IMG/VR virus record: IMGVR_UViG_3300014720_000016
Reading direction: 5' to 3' (one strand)
DNA from: a virus
Length of the DNA stretch: 64,000 nucleotides
This document shows, piece after piece, positions 63,346 through 64,000 of the stretch. Numbering within the stretch: position 1 is the first letter of the stretch; each line of letters opens with the position of its first letter. Both the position numbers and the translations under genes were made by a program. The notes beneath the pieces are model-generated. The model saw only the letters and a list, made by a program, of their open reading frames with translations. It ran no database searches and had not been told where the DNA came from.

Positions 63346-63741
63346 TTACCACCACGAAGTATAGAACACAGCCTGCCCGTTGCTAAGTAGCTCACGAGCG
63401 GTTGCAATAAAACGCAAATCTTCCTGATCCTGATCATAGGTATCACGCATGGCCCCAAAGAAAAAGCCATCTGTTTTCGGCAGACAACTGCGCAGGATAA
63501 CATCTTCTAGCGCCGCCAAATCTTCTTCAGTAAGCCTTACTGCTGCGCAGTTGAATTCTTCTTGTCCGCCTTTTGAAATATAAAGGCGCTCCATCCAGCC
63601 CTGAAGGCCAGGGTGCTTGCGCCAGTAGGCGAACTCCTTGGAGTTATCTACTACCAAGTCTTCGAAACCAATCTGCTTGTCACCAAGCAGTTCAGCGGGA
63701 CAATGACGAGCGTACTGATCCAATCCCATGCTAGTCTCCAA
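63346..63741 (-). CDS. conserved phage hypothetical protein
   Basis: MGLDQY, YWRKHP.LQGWM, FNC, GFFFG, YTSWW. Confidence 0.75.
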   Translation of the reverse strand: METSMGLDQYARHCPAELLGDKQIGFEDLVVDNSKEFAYWRKHPGLQGWMERLYISKGGQEEFNCAAVRLTEEDLAALEDVILRSCLPKTDGFFFGAMRDTYDQDQEDLRFIATARELLSNGQAVFYTSWW

Positions 63742-63954
63742 TCAATCTTTGATGTAGCCCTGCTCAAGAAGCTGGACAGCGGTACGACCGTACCAGCCCT
63801 GAAGGTTATACGCAGCTCCAGAGTCGTGGAGGTACTGCCAGGCAGCGATTACCTCTTCCTCGTTATCAACTTCCCGGTCGCCTTCGATAATTGAAACTGC
63901 CGAAAAAAGATCCATCTTAGATTCCACTGACACGCTATTCTCCTGGTCCTTCAA
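63742..63954 (-). CDS. conserved phage hypothetical protein
   Basis: AWQYLHDSG...LQGWYGRTA..L. Confidence 0.7.
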   Translation of the reverse strand: MKDQENSVSVESKMDLFSAVSIIEGDREVDNEEEVIAAWQYLHDSGAAYNLQGWYGRTAVQLLEQGYIKD

Positions 63955-64000
63955 GATATTCGAATTGAATTTCTAGCTGTTCGCACTTGGCGCGCAGATC

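Noticed and set aside
1-64000. Most + strand ORFs in the track
   Set aside because: They are antisense shadows of well-supported - strand genes. Only 10684, 12533, 21521, 30669 and 57476 occupy their own space.
1-64000. Stop-codon reassignment (as in some jumbo phages)
   Set aside because: Conserved genes are intact in the standard code, and TAA, TAG and TGA all end genes at tight junctions.

Overview
This window looks like a 64-kb segment of a large (jumbo-type) dsDNA phage genome read in the standard code. It holds about 115 tightly packed genes, nearly all on the - strand and often joined by ATGA stop/start overlaps. No virion structural genes, rRNA, tRNA or CRISPR array were recognised. 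Replication and repair genes: DNA ligase N-terminus (left edge), DinG-like helicase, dUTPase, FtsK-like ATPase, a two-subunit type IIA topoisomerase, UvsE and an HhH glycosylase. Phage hallmarks: rIIA/rIIB, a gp88-like protein and a MoxR/VWA pair. Translation and RNA genes: IF-1, RNA ligase, TrmH, oligoribonuclease and a 2H phosphoesterase. Proteostasis genes are unusually complete: SspB, ClpS, trigger factor, Hsp20 and an M41-like peptidase. Main patterns the gene calls do not explain: (1) 11 full and 2 degenerate copies of an intergenic 33-bp element (coding strand CCTAAA-N13-GATCC, usually inside a GC hairpin), all in one orientation, plus a candidate phage sigma-like factor; (2) 18 otherwise unrelated short ORFans that all begin Met-Lys-Leu, using varied codons; (3) a promoter/anti-Shine-Dalgarno hairpin switch on hsp20; (4) a small set of mostly opposite-strand genes with their own N-terminal motifs; (5) an MKL gene frameshifted by one extra unit of a 4-bp repeat. 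Myxobacterial-type proteins hint at a Myxococcota/deltaproteobacterial host. All calls come from reading motifs by eye; no database searches were run.
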